Source of the DNA: Planctomycetota bacterium
Lineage (GTDB): Bacteria; Planctomycetota; UBA8108; UBA1146
Assembly: GCA_036338595.1 (NCBI GenBank)
Contig: JAYZBV010000071.1
Coordinates: 18,442 to 82,441 of the forward strand
DNA length: 64,000 bases
Reading direction: 5' to 3'
Below, piece after piece: positions 7,605 to 19,907 of the stretch. Every line of letters begins with the position of its first letter. Position 1 is the first letter of the stretch. A program made the translations under genes and the position numbers. Below the pieces are notes generated by a model. That model worked only from the letters and a program-made list of their open reading frames with translations, had not been told where the DNA came from and did no database searches.

Positions 7605-10600
7605 CTAGTCTGATTTATCCCGGTCCGCTTCGAAGTCTTCCTTGCGGATTTCATGGCGTTTGAGAAGGTTTGATAGTTGAGGTCGATGGATCCCCAGAGC
7701 CTCCGCAGCTCGAGTGATGTTTCCACCACTTCTGAATAGTTCTGCAATGATGTAGCGCCGCTCCAGCGCTGCCTTCGCCTCCTTGAGGGTCAGCTCACCC
7801 GAGGTCAACCGTGCCACTTCCTGATCGAGGTCAGGCTTCTGGGAGGAACGAAAGAGATCGACTCGACCACTTGTGAGTTCCGTGATCTCGACCGAGCCGA
7901 CAGAGTACCAGTGCGGCAATACACTGACGGGGACTTCTACCGGCAATCCGAATTCTTCACGAAGGTCATGAAGGGCATGCTGAAGATCCCTGCTCTTCTT
8001 GCGAAGATCATCTTCCCCTGGCCCGATCATCACGCAAACCAGGTGATCGCCTCCAGTGTAATAGACGCCTGATATCGGCTGCAGGATTTGAAGTAACCGG
8101 TTCACAATGTTTTCGTCTTCACGTTCTCTGAGCAAGATATCAAAACCTGGCAGACTCACTTCCAGAAAGCCCAGCGGCTCCTTTTCTCTGTGGTGGCGCG
8201 ACAGGAAGTAATCGATGTCTGCATCAAAAGCAGCCAGCGACCCGATCTCGCTCTGCTGGTACTCGAGCATCTGCGCATTTTTGGACAGTGCTACCAGCTG
8301 ACCCTGGGCCATCGAGAGTAATCTCTCGACCTCCTCAACATCCCGATCCTGGAACGGGTTCCCTGCTGTGGGACGTTCCAGCACCAGTGCTGCCGAGAGC
8401 ATTCCCTGAGCCGAGAACGGGATCGCCAGCAGGCTCCTACCTCTCACCGAATCACCCTGCGTGTGAGTAGAGATCCATTCATCCCAGGTCTGGGACCCAC
8501 TTCGCATCGGCATCGAGCGTTCGATGCACTCCTGGGCCAGAGCACCGAGCACCTGCGAAGGTGGCAGCCAGTCCTCGGCGAGTCCCATGTCTATGTCGGC
8601 GAGGCTTTGCCACCGTCGCCGCCGTCTTGCCGCGATGAAACCGCGAGGACTGGGGACCAATCTCCGGCATTGCTCCAGCAAGCCTTCAAGGAACGAGCGA
8701 AGTTCATCTCGTTTTCCAAGTTCCGAGATGGCACCGGCAACGGCAGCAAGTCGATCCTGATCGAGAGAGCCGCCGGAGCGTGTCCCTGTTTCAGGATCAG
8801 CGTCGGGGACAGAATACGGCCCCGACCCGGTCACAGCCGGCGGCGGGTAATCTGATTCGCGGCGAAATCGTTGAAGGTCTGCAAAGAAGTTCTTTCGCCT
8901 GCGATCATCCAGATACACGACTCGCATATCTTCTGGCAGTCGTGTAGAGATTCTCTCGATGATGGCAGCAGCTCGATCGTAGTTGACCCTTGCGCCCTGA
9001 AAATCGTGGGATCCTTGCTCGACCCTGGCTATGGCATAATTGATCTGCCACTGGAGCGGCAGCAAGGAATCTGCGCTGATCATCTGGAGAGCTTTCTTGT
9101 AGTACTCGAGAGATTTTTGCTGACCGTCTTCATTACGCTGGCGGCTGATGGCCCCCTTGACCAGCAACCCTCGGACGATCAGGGGTACCGACTGCAAGGA
9201 CTCTGCGATGAGCAGTCCGCGGCTGACGAACTTCAGTGCCTCCTCGAAAGCTTCTCGTTCGGTGCCGAGCTGAGCGCGATCGAACAAGCTGGCGGCAGCG
9301 ACCCGATCCAGCCCCTGCTTCTGTGCAAGATCGAAGGATTTCTTCAACTCTCGATCCGCGGACTTCCAGTCTCCCCGCAACAGCGCCAGATTGCCCTGAA
9401 GCCTGTGCCCCTCTGCCTGGTACCGTGGCAACTCAAATTCCTGGGTCAAGATGAGGATCTGGCGAGCCAGGTTCTCGACCTGCTTCCTCTCTCCGAGCGC
9501 GAACCAGGCCCAGCCCAGGTGCAGGAACGAGCGCACGATCCCCTCTGTATTTCCAAACTTCTCACTGTTGGAGATGCTGCGCTTGAAGAAACGGATCGCC
9601 CTCCCGTAGTCTCCGGAGTGGGCGTGCAGACTTCCGATGGAGTTCAGGGTAGGAGAAATCTGATGGCTGTCTCCGATGCGCTCGCGAAGAGTCAAACAGC
9701 GGCGAAAATGCTCGAGGCTTCGCGAGAAATCGCCACTATTTCGATACACCTTGCCGAGCAATTCATAGGTGGCAGCCAGAGCCCTCACATCCTGCGAGCT
9801 GTCGACAACCTCCAGCGCCCTGAACAGGTAGCGCGCAGCTCTGAAGTGCTTGCCCCGATCGTAATAGACCCTTCCGATGGTGCGCAGCACCGATCCCAGC
9901 GCCACCGGGTCCTGTGATCGTTCGACCCTTTCTAGCAGTGTCTGGTAACTGTTGAGTGCCGCTGCAGAGTCTCCACGTGCGAGATGCGTCTCTGCAAGCG
10001 TCTCCAGGATGCGGCTCGACAACTGGTCAGCTCCGGCTTGCTGTTCGAGCCCGGCCAGTTCCTTTTGCGCCCTCAGGCACAGGCTCATCGCCCTCTTGAT
10101 GTCCCGGCGCTGAAGCCGGAGTTGCGCACGCAGTGAAGTCAACCGAGCGGGTGCCAACGGATCGACCTGTTCAAGATCGGTAGAACTGACCCTGTTCAGC
10201 GCTCTGATCCCCTTGAGCGGCTCCTGCATCAGCAGATAGATCTCACCGAGGAAAAGGCGTGCATCGATGCGATCGGCCGCATCGGTTGCCGGATCTTCGA
10301 GCAACATCTTGATGTGCAATTTTCCCGATTCTGGCTGGCCAGTCTCCACCTCGAGACGAGCCAGTTGCCCGAGGATCTCACTGCGCACCTCCGCATCTCC
10401 ATCGGCTCCTACGAAGTCGAGCATTCTTCTCCCGATACGAATCGCAAGCGGCTCTGCGTAGGCTCCTGCGAAGTACCTCATCGCAATCAGCCCGTAAGGT
10501 ATCGCCAGCATCGGCTCATCGCCGGCAGCGAGAAGTTCGTGCACCTCGAAGGCGCGCACAGGGTCCTGGCTACGGGAATCCTCGGCCAGGGTCTGACCCA

Positions 10601-11942
10601 GTTCCTTCTGCAGATTCCTGGCAACCTCGGGACGGATCGATGATCGGATGCCTTGCATGTGGATTTCATGGCAGATGAGATACCGGATGGCACCGCGGAC
10701 TTCATGGCGATCGACAAACCCGCGATCGATCAGCAACTCCAATGCCTCGGAGAGTCGCTCCTCGGATACCTGGCAGGATCGCACCAGCATCGCCGCCTGA
10801 ATCGGCCTGCGTAACATTGCCAGGTGCTCCAGCACTCGACGCTCGAGCGGTGGCAACGATGCAACCCTGCGGTCGACGAGGACCAGTGGAAGCTCTGCCC
10901 CTCTGGAACTGGCCAGCAATGCCTCGACACTCTCTGCCTCGAGCGGAGAGGCCACTCCACCTTCCTGAAGTAACCGACACATCTCCAGCACCAGGAGTGG
11001 GTTTCCATCACAAGCCTCGGCCATCATCTCGGCGAGTCGAGCATCCGGTTCCCTGCCGAGTTGCTCGCAGACCAATCCACTGACTTCTTCCACCGAAAGG
11101 GCTGGCAGTTCCACGGTTCGGCAAAACGGCTGCCCGGACAGTGCCTCCAGCTCCTCCGGAGCCGCATCGCTGCAGTGGTCTCCGATCACCAGCAACCGAC
11201 CTCGAGCGTGCGACGGGGGCGGCTGGATGCCCTCCTGATTCTCGACCAGGGAACTGGCAAATTCCCCCGATCGACCCTCTCGAGCACGGATCTGTTTCCA
11301 GTCTCGAGAGCCACTCTTCGAATCGTCGCTCTCCGGACCCTGGACCGTCTCTCTGGAGAGGGCTGAATTCCGTGCCAGGTATTCGATGAACTCGATCGTG
11401 CCCGGATCACTGCGGTGAAGATCATGGAGGACCAGCACCAATGTGCGCTCGCTGGCCAGTTCCCAGAGGATTCCCGTCAGCGCCTGATGAAACTGGATCC
11501 GTCCACTCCAACCCGACAGTGGCTCGCGCTGCTGGCCTCGCTCCACCTCCGACTGGAGTTCAGGGAAGACGCGAACCAGCACATGCGCATAGCGGCGCCA
11601 CAGGCCACGTGTTTCGCCATGCTCGACGATGAGATCCTTGACCAGGCGAAGGATGGGCAGGAACGGGATTCCCTGACGCTCGTGGCAATGAACCCGACAA
11701 CTGAGGATGGAGCCGACATCGTCCGGGGGGTCCGCCAGCACCTCTTCGATGAGGCGCGTCTTGCCGCCACCGCTGACGCCGCTGACGAGTGCCAGTGTGC
11801 ACATCGCAGCACCATTTTGGTCGCCTGGATCTGGATCGCTGCCATGGTGAATCCAGGAGCGGAGGGCGTTCAAGGATCGCTGGCGCGGTGCCTGCTGAAG
11901 ATCATCGTGACCCGTCTCGGCCACCGGAGTCTCTCCGTCCAT
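7605..11942 (-). CDS. Large regulator: P-loop NTPase (AAA_16/STAND-like), TPR repeats, GAF, degenerate GGDEF-like region, Fis-type HTH
   Basis: GVSGGGKT Walker A, LVLHDLH Walker B, TPR array, GAF-like SLLAIPF..PFQDRD, YYTGGDHLV, C-terminal GNITRAAEALGIHRPQLSNLLKRH. Confidence 0.85.
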   Translation of the reverse strand: MDGETPVAETGHDDLQQAPRQRSLNALRSWIHHGSDPDPGDQNGAAMCTLALVSGVSGGGKTRLIEEVLADPPDDVGSILSCRVHCHERQGIPFLPILRLVKDLIVEHGETRGLWRRYAHVLVRVFPELQSEVERGQQREPLSGWSGRIQFHQALTGILWELASERTLVLVLHDLHRSDPGTIEFIEYLARNSALSRETVQGPESDDSKSGSRDWKQIRAREGRSGEFASSLVENQEGIQPPPSHARGRLLVIGDHCSDAAPEELEALSGQPFCRTVELPALSVEEVSGLVCEQLGREPDARLAEMMAEACDGNPLLVLEMCRLLQEGGVASPLEAESVEALLASSRGAELPLVLVDRRVASLPPLERRVLEHLAMLRRPIQAAMLVRSCQVSEERLSEALELLIDRGFVDRHEVRGAIRYLICHEIHMQGIRSSIRPEVARNLQKELGQTLAEDSRSQDPVRAFEVHELLAAGDEPMLAIPYGLIAMRYFAGAYAEPLAIRIGRRMLDFVGADGDAEVRSEILGQLARLEVETGQPESGKLHIKMLLEDPATDAADRIDARLFLGEIYLLMQEPLKGIRALNRVSSTDLEQVDPLAPARLTSLRAQLRLQRRDIKRAMSLCLRAQKELAGLEQQAGADQLSSRILETLAETHLARGDSAAALNSYQTLLERVERSQDPVALGSVLRTIGRVYYDRGKHFRAARYLFRALEVVDSSQDVRALAATYELLGKVYRNSGDFSRSLEHFRRCLTLRERIGDSHQISPTLNSIGSLHAHSGDYGRAIRFFKRSISNSEKFGNTEGIVRSFLHLGWAWFALGERKQVENLARQILILTQEFELPRYQAEGHRLQGNLALLRGDWKSADRELKKSFDLAQKQGLDRVAAASLFDRAQLGTEREAFEEALKFVSRGLLIAESLQSVPLIVRGLLVKGAISRQRNEDGQQKSLEYYKKALQMISADSLLPLQWQINYAIARVEQGSHDFQGARVNYDRAAAIIERISTRLPEDMRVVYLDDRRRKNFFADLQRFRRESDYPPPAVTGSGPYSVPDADPETGTRSGGSLDQDRLAAVAGAISELGKRDELRSFLEGLLEQCRRLVPSPRGFIAARRRRRWQSLADIDMGLAEDWLPPSQVLGALAQECIERSMPMRSGSQTWDEWISTHTQGDSVRGRSLLAIPFSAQGMLSAALVLERPTAGNPFQDRDVEEVERLLSMAQGQLVALSKNAQMLEYQQSEIGSLAAFDADIDYFLSRHHREKEPLGFLEVSLPGFDILLREREDENIVNRLLQILQPISGVYYTGGDHLVCVMIGPGEDDLRKKSRDLQHALHDLREEFGLPVEVPVSVLPHWYSVGSVEITELTSGRVDLFRSSQKPDLDQEVARLTSGELTLKEAKAALERRYIIAELFRSGGNITRAAEALGIHRPQLSNLLKRHEIRKEDFEADRDKSD

Positions 11943-11948
11943 CTCATC

Positions 11949-12169
11949 TCTCCTCGCCCCATGGCAGGGGTCGCCATCGCCCGAATGACCGTAATGATTC
12001 CAGACGGATAGGCTATCTCCGGCGGGCTCAGCCGTAAAGATTGTGGACGGTGAATTTCGTGACTTTGAGGCCTCTATATCTCCTCGCCGTCCCTACTCGG
12101 CGAGGAGAAGCTTGGGTCTGAATGTCACTAGGACTGGGTGAAACCTGCCCAGGAAGTGTGTAGGGACGG
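11949..12169 (-). promoter_or_regulatory. Candidate cis-regulatory RNA switch (anti-SD / decoy / SD)
   Basis: 11-bp hairpin 12079-12108; the same 10-mer at the RBS 11949-11958; competing 10-bp complement 12160-12169. Confidence 0.45.
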
Positions 12170-12817
12170 ACAGGCCGATTTGTTCCAGTGGTTGTGTGCT
12201 GTGTCAGCGGCGTGCAGATCGATACGAGATGGGTGAGTCAAATAGGGGAGCGTGCCAGATCCTGATCGGGAGAGGTGCCCACTGGCACGAGGGTACGACA
12301 CCACGGCGAGCGCCACGGGCCGTTTGCCGACCCGGTAACTCGCTCTCTGCAGTGCTTCGCCAGGGCATCCTTGCGGACCGCCACACACCTGGCTCCCTCG
12401 CAACCTGCCCCTGTAAATACACGGACAGGCGCGAACACTTCCGGAGCAACGGCTCCCGATCTGTGATCATTCTGCCTGGATCCCGAGCCGTCGATTTCCG
12501 ATCCCATCCGGAAAATCGAGCGTCGGGCACCTGCTTCCCCACAACTGACCGGACTCCGCCGTTTCCCCCGTCCCGATCTGGCTGCACTGGCGGAGCCACC
12601 GGACTTCCCCCCGAATCTCGATCCAGACCGGATCGAGAAGTGACAGAAAACTCGACACGAATCGACAGATTTCGGTGGCATGATCTCGCCAGGCGAGTGA
12701 AGAGGTGAGCGGGCGAGCACACTCCCGGGAGTCGCAGCAATACCGGATCGACCTCGGCTCGTCGCTCTCCCTCGACCCAGGCGTGGCATCTCGTGCCCGG
12801 CACCCGGGTTTGGCAGG

Positions 12818-12846
12818 AATATGGGGGGACACCCGCATCAGGTCAA
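12818..12846 (-). promoter_or_regulatory. Putative sigma70 promoter reading into the long non-coding region
   Basis: TTGACC-17 nt-CATATT on minus strand. Confidence 0.4.
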
Positions 12847-12859
12847 GTGGGCGATTGTC

Positions 12860-12898
12860 AAAAGAACCGGGGCCGACGGGTATGCCCATCGGCCCCGG
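12860..12898 (-). terminator. Rho-independent terminator
   Basis: CCGGGGCCGATGGG-CATA-CCCGTCGGCCCCGG then TTCTTTT on minus strand. Confidence 0.8.
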
Positions 12899-12917
12899 GG
12901 GGCAAGGGGGGGAAGGC

Positions 12918-13388
12918 TCAGTGGAAGGAAGCCGTTGTGAAGCTCCCGCATGCGGGCTTCTGCAAGATCCAGGCTCCTGCGACATGGACCCTGCGAGGTA
13001 CTTTTCGCATGCGGCCAGGAACACGGATGCGCTCCCGAAACGCTCGTCTCACAGGTACTCCACATCTGAAGACAGTCCTGTAGCGGGTCACGGTCCGGAA
13101 ACGGTCAGGACCACGCACCTTGCAGAACTGGATCCTCGTCGTTGCCGGTCTCCACACCTGGGTCATTCCACTAAAGAATTTCCTCACGCACCCACCGTTG
13201 CGGATGGAGTACTGGACTCCCGGAAGGACATCGTGCTGATGCGAGTGCAGTGTGCATGAAGATGATGCGACCTGCTGATTTCTGGGCAGGCATCGTTGCC
13301 TCAGCGACGAGCGAGGTTCGATCGTGGCGGCGGAGGCCACCATCGGAGAAGACACCAGAACAAGAAGCACCAGGGCTCGGATCGACAT
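12918..13388 (-). CDS. Small secreted Arg/Cys-rich hypothetical protein
   Basis: AAGGAG RBS, signal peptide ending ASA, own terminator. Confidence 0.7.
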   Translation of the reverse strand: MSIRALVLLVLVSSPMVASAATIEPRSSLRQRCLPRNQQVASSSCTLHSHQHDVLPGVQYSIRNGGCVRKFFSGMTQVWRPATTRIQFCKVRGPDRFRTVTRYRTVFRCGVPVRRAFRERIRVPGRMRKVPRRVHVAGAWILQKPACGSFTTASFH

Positions 13389-13470
13389 GACCGACTCCTT
13401 TCTCTTGAGTTTCAGGAAGCGTCGTTGCTTCCTATTGGCTCTCGAGAGGGATGACGATGGCGATCAGAGG

Positions 13471-15222
13471 TTATTCAATGGTTTTCATCGAATCGGGAGG
13501 AGCGGGCGGTCCCAGCAGCAGGTGGGATCGTCCTTCCTCAACAAATCGACCCGCCTCTCGCCACTCCCTGTGGGGCGAGGTCAAGCGTTGCGAGTCCGCT
13601 CTCCGGATCCACTCCTTGCCCCTGGACGGATCGCCCAGACGCGACCACAGCGATCCGATGCGCAGTGCCAATGCTGCAGAGGAGAAGCGTGTCGTCGCTT
13701 CCTCGAGCACCCTGTGCGCCTCTCCATCGCGTCCCTCGCTGTGAGCGATCTCTGCGGAGAGCCAATCGATCCAGCCATCGAACGGGCGAATCCTACGCGA
13801 CCGGGCGAGCGATGCGGATGCAGAGAGCACATCTCCACTGCGCAGAGAAGCGAGGGAGTGATGAAACCATGCATCTGCATCGGAGGGATCCTTCTGCGTG
13901 ATCTTGTCGAAGGTCTCCGCCGCAGAAGTGAAACGAAACAGGTACATCTGGGCAGCTGCGATGCTCCACAGATCAAACCGATCGATCGGTTCCAGATCCA
14001 GACCCACATCGATCTCCAGCAGCCCCGCTGGATCCCCCTGTTCAATCGCTGCAATCCCCAGCACGATCCATGGGCCCGGGCGTGCTGAATCGACCTGAAT
14101 GGCATAGCGAGCAGCGATGCGGGCTGATCGAGGATCCCCCGCCCGCAGCGCAACCCAGGCCAACTGCCTCTGGACTGCAGCATCCTGGCGCAGCGTCATC
14201 GCTCTTTCGCCATGGAGATCGAGAAGAGTCTGCCCGAGCGAGTGGACAGGGGCATCCTCGGCATGAACTGGCAATGGCCTCGCCAACATCGCGGATGAGA
14301 GATCCTGTATCAGATCCGCCGTAGCAGGCCCCGCTGCCGTGGATCTGCCGAGCCATCCAGCGATGATCAGCAGTCCGATCCCCCCCACAACAGGGACCCA
14401 ACGACGGCGAGGAGCTCCAACCTCTCCGGTGCTGTTTCTACGCGCCCGAGGACGAGCTCCATCACGCACCGCATCGAGCATGCTTGCAAATCCACGCAAA
14501 CTGGCAGGACGGGCCTCGCTGTCGAGAGAGAGAGAATCTTCGAGCAATCCGAGTAACCCGGGTAACTCTGAAATACTCTCGCCGACCGTTGAGCCATGAG
14601 ATCTGGACAGCAATCGATCCGCGACCTCTGCAGCCGATCGTCCCGACCAGGGGGGACGGCCGATGGCACACTCATGAATCAACACCGCCAGCGCGTAAAC
14701 GATCTGGCATTCACTGGCAGCGACAGGCTCCTTCGAGAGAAGGATCTCGGGAGCGATTCGACACGCCAACTCATCGAGTCGATCATCGACATCGAGCGCG
14801 AGCCGGTCGATCCTGAGCCGCAAGTGGCCATCTGATCCCAGCACTACTGATTCCGGAGGGAGTGCCTGAAGGGGAACACCCTCATCATTCAGAGTTGCCA
14901 GCATCCTTGCGAGATCCGCAAACTGACCGACGAGTGCTCTCAGGCCTCCCGACAGGATCACCTTCCAGTTCCGTGATGGGGAGGATCTGGCTCTATCGAT
15001 GCAATGATCAAGGGTGGTTCCGGAATAGCTCTCGCTCGTTCCGGACCGATGAGGATCGATCAGCATTTGTCTCGGGAGTCGCATCTCTTCGGGGCTTCGC
15101 AGCAGCAGCGATTCGAGTATCAACTGCCGATGATCTCGATCGCATGCGCCAGCCTCTGCATCCCCAGAGGTCGCTCGCCTCGAATCGAAGTCCTCCCGTG
15201 GCCGCTCGATCATGCCGCCCAT
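13471..15222 (-). CDS. Membrane protein with degenerate Ser/Thr kinase-like domain, TM helix and TPR repeats
   Basis: IAPEILL..VYALAVLIHECAIGRPPW..RP (kinase subdomains VIII-XI); no HRD or DFG; TM WVPVVGGIGLLIIAGWLG; start uncertain. Confidence 0.7.
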   Translation of the reverse strand: MGGMIERPREDFDSRRATSGDAEAGACDRDHRQLILESLLLRSPEEMRLPRQMLIDPHRSGTSESYSGTTLDHCIDRARSSPSRNWKVILSGGLRALVGQFADLARMLATLNDEGVPLQALPPESVVLGSDGHLRLRIDRLALDVDDRLDELACRIAPEILLSKEPVAASECQIVYALAVLIHECAIGRPPWSGRSAAEVADRLLSRSHGSTVGESISELPGLLGLLEDSLSLDSEARPASLRGFASMLDAVRDGARPRARRNSTGEVGAPRRRWVPVVGGIGLLIIAGWLGRSTAAGPATADLIQDLSSAMLARPLPVHAEDAPVHSLGQTLLDLHGERAMTLRQDAAVQRQLAWVALRAGDPRSARIAARYAIQVDSARPGPWIVLGIAAIEQGDPAGLLEIDVGLDLEPIDRFDLWSIAAAQMYLFRFTSAAETFDKITQKDPSDADAWFHHSLASLRSGDVLSASASLARSRRIRPFDGWIDWLSAEIAHSEGRDGEAHRVLEEATTRFSSAALALRIGSLWSRLGDPSRGKEWIRRADSQRLTSPHREWREAGRFVEEGRSHLLLGPPAPPDSMKTIE

Positions 15223-15301
15223 CCCCCCGGGCGATGCTGCCCCCCCTCCAACGAAGGTGCAACCCGCCAGGGCTGAACATCACAGGCGGAAGGGAACTGC
15301 T

Positions 15302-17368
<2,067 letters not shown>

Positions 17369-17468
17369 TTGATCTCCTTGGCAAATGAGTGGTCAGAACA
17401 CCTCCTGCTGGCGGGGCTCCAACTCCATCAACGGGCAACGAATCCGCCGGGTTCCCCCGGTATCGCCA

Positions 17469-19631
17469 CTAATACAATGCCAGATTACGGGCCGCATGTG
17501 CCACATTCTCTGGCTGTGGCAGTATCTTTTCCTCGAGTTGTGGGGCATAGGCAACAAAGCAGTCCATCGCCCCGATACGGCGCACAGGGGCGTCCAGGTG
17601 GTCAAATAGCTCATCCTGGACCCTGGCAGCGATTTCGGCGCCGTATCCCCAGGAAAGAGATTCCTCATGAACGATCAGCAACCTGTGAGTCCTCATCACG
17701 GCCTCCCTGATCGCGTCCCAATCGTAAGGAGCCAGGGTCCTGAGATCGATGATCTCCGCCTCGATGCCCTCCTGCGCCAGCGTCTTTGCAGCGGTGACGC
17801 ATCGATGCACCAGCGCACCATAAGTGAGAATCGTCAGGCGATCCCCCTCACGCACACGAGCGGCCTTCCCGAATGGAATCATGAAGTCCGGTCCAGGATT
17901 GACCCCCTTGTTGTGGGTCTGTCGATAGAGGTGCTTGTGCTCGAGGAAGATGACCGGGTCATCGCACCGAATCGCCGTGCGAAGCAATCCGTTGGCATCC
18001 GTGGCATTACTCGGCATCACGACACGCAATCCGGGTATGTGGGTGAACATCGTCTCAGCGGATTGGCTGTGATAGATCGCCCCTCCACGAAGATAGCCGC
18101 CACTGGCGACCCGGATGACGACGGGACACTTATCGATCCCTGCTGAACGCCATCGAAGCAGTGCAAGCTCCGACCTTATCTGGTGAAAAGCGGGCCATAT
18201 GTAATCGAGGAACTGGATCTCCACCACCGGCTTCAGCCCTCTGACTGCCATTCCGATGGCGCGTCCGACGATATTCGCCTCTGCAAGGGGAGAATTGTAG
18301 ACCCGATCACTTCCGAACTCCCTCTGCAATCCTGCGGTAGCCTTGAAGACTCCGCCTTTCCCCTTCACTTCGGCGAGAACTTCAGCGCGACTCGCATCCG
18401 CAACATCCTCGCCAAACAGATGGACTCTCGGATCGCGACGCATCTCATCTCGCAGTGCTGTGTTGATCAGGTCGATCATCGTGGTGGGTTGAGCCGCCTC
18501 TACCTCGGCAGGGAGAGTCTCGAAATCTGAGCAGGTAGGATCGATCTCCTCCGAATAGAGGTGATCGAGAATCGTATCGGGGTTCGGTTGAGACGTCGCC
18601 ACGGCCTCATCGGAGGCGTTTCGAACCTGTGTGCGAACCTCGCTGCGAATCTGTTCGAGAACCTCCTCGGTCGCCACGCCTTGATCCTTGAGAAATTGTG
18701 GGAAGGTGGTGAGGGGATCCCTGAGAGCATCTGCTTCTCGCTCCTGAGCAGAGCGATAGGAACTCTCGTCATCGGAGAGGCTATGACTGTAGGGCCTCAC
18801 AACATGGGCATGGACAAGGGCTGGGCCGTTTCCATTTCGCATGTCCGAGACGACATCCTTCAGCAGCGAATAACACTCAACAGGATCACAACCATCCACC
18901 TCGTGGACATCTAGACCCGGGAATCCCAGCACCAGTTTCGAGATGGATCCTCCCGGCGTGTTGACCTCGACCGGGACGCTGATGGCATATCCGTTGTCCT
19001 CGACCACGAACAACACGGGAAGATCTAGAGTGCAAGCAGTGCTCAGGGCTTCCCAGAATTCGCCCTCACTCGTGGTTCCATCTCCAACTGAAACAAATGC
19101 AATTTCTCCGTCTGACCAGTTTCGAATCGATGACTGCAGCGGCTCACTGCGAGCACCTTTCATCCATGCTTCTGCACAACCGACTGCATGAAGACATTGA
19201 CTGCCAGTGCAGGAGGACTGATTGACTACCTGCAACCGTTCACTGCCCCAGTGAGATGGCATCTGACGTCCTGCGCCTGCAGGTTCATCACTGGCAGCAG
19301 TCGCCGTCTTCAGCATCTCCACGGGACTCAGGCCGAGTTGCAACATCAAGGCTCTATCCCTGTAGTAGGGAAAGAACCAATCCTTGCCCCCTTCGAGAAC
19401 CATCCCGAGCGCAGTATTCACCGCTTCATGTCCGCAACCGTTGATCTGGAAATAGATCTGCCCCTTGCCCTTGAGGCGGATCTCCTCGTCATCGATCTCT
19501 CGACTGAGAAACATGTTCCGATACAGCGCCAGCAACTCGCTGCGATCGAGTCCGCCGATGCGGATCTGCTCGCTTCTATCCTTGCGAGGCCGTCCTCTTC
19601 GGTTGGCTGGCTGCTGGCTCTGGGTCGACAT
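17469..19631 (-). CDS. 2-oxoacid dehydrogenase E1, fused alpha+beta (branched-chain-like)
   Basis: [14 protein letters not shown] motif, GRQMPSH, GEDV, PVVEIQF, HSQS. Confidence 0.93.
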   Translation of the reverse strand: MSTQSQQPANRRGRPRKDRSEQIRIGGLDRSELLALYRNMFLSREIDDEEIRLKGKGQIYFQINGCGHEAVNTALGMVLEGGKDWFFPYYRDRALMLQLGLSPVEMLKTATAASDEPAGAGRQMPSHWGSERLQVVNQSSCTGSQCLHAVGCAEAWMKGARSEPLQSSIRNWSDGEIAFVSVGDGTTSEGEFWEALSTACTLDLPVLFVVEDNGYAISVPVEVNTPGGSISKLVLGFPGLDVHEVDGCDPVECYSLLKDVVSDMRNGNGPALVHAHVVRPYSHSLSDDESSYRSAQEREADALRDPLTTFPQFLKDQGVATEEVLEQIRSEVRTQVRNASDEAVATSQPNPDTILDHLYSEEIDPTCSDFETLPAEVEAAQPTTMIDLINTALRDEMRRDPRVHLFGEDVADASRAEVLAEVKGKGGVFKATAGLQREFGSDRVYNSPLAEANIVGRAIGMAVRGLKPVVEIQFLDYIWPAFHQIRSELALLRWRSAGIDKCPVVIRVASGGYLRGGAIYHSQSAETMFTHIPGLRVVMPSNATDANGLLRTAIRCDDPVIFLEHKHLYRQTHNKGVNPGPDFMIPFGKAARVREGDRLTILTYGALVHRCVTAAKTLAQEGIEAEIIDLRTLAPYDWDAIREAVMRTHRLLIVHEESLSWGYGAEIAARVQDELFDHLDAPVRRIGAMDCFVAYAPQLEEKILPQPENVAHAARNLALY

Positions 19632-19907
19632 GCTGGTCCTGACCTGTGGAGGAACTCTTCCCGTAGGAGGAGTTCATGGGCTTCCGGGGCCGGGATAGGC
19701 CCCGATAGGAGGCATTCTAGGGGCGAGCGCTGTGCCATTCAACGCGACCCCTCGTTTCCCGCTTTGCTGGATGGCAAAGGGGTTCTCAGGGTATCGTCCC
19801 CTACATCTGCTTGCCGCTGTTGAACCGCTCAAGAAGCGCAAGCGGTGCTACGAGCGCCTCCTGTGGCCGCAGACGAAACATCACTTCTCGAGAAGGGAAA
19901 TCGACAG

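Noticed and set aside
12115..12150. Hammerhead-like CTGA..GAAAC on the plus strand
   Set aside because: Core is CUGAAUG rather than CUGANGA, and stems I-III cannot be built.
12251..12289. sigma54 promoters (TGGCACG on both strands)
   Set aside because: No TTGC -12 element at the required spacing.
12128..12803. Several overlapping ORFs of 60-200 aa
   Set aside because: No RBS, Arg/Pro/Gly-rich, no motifs; typical high-GC spurious ORFs.
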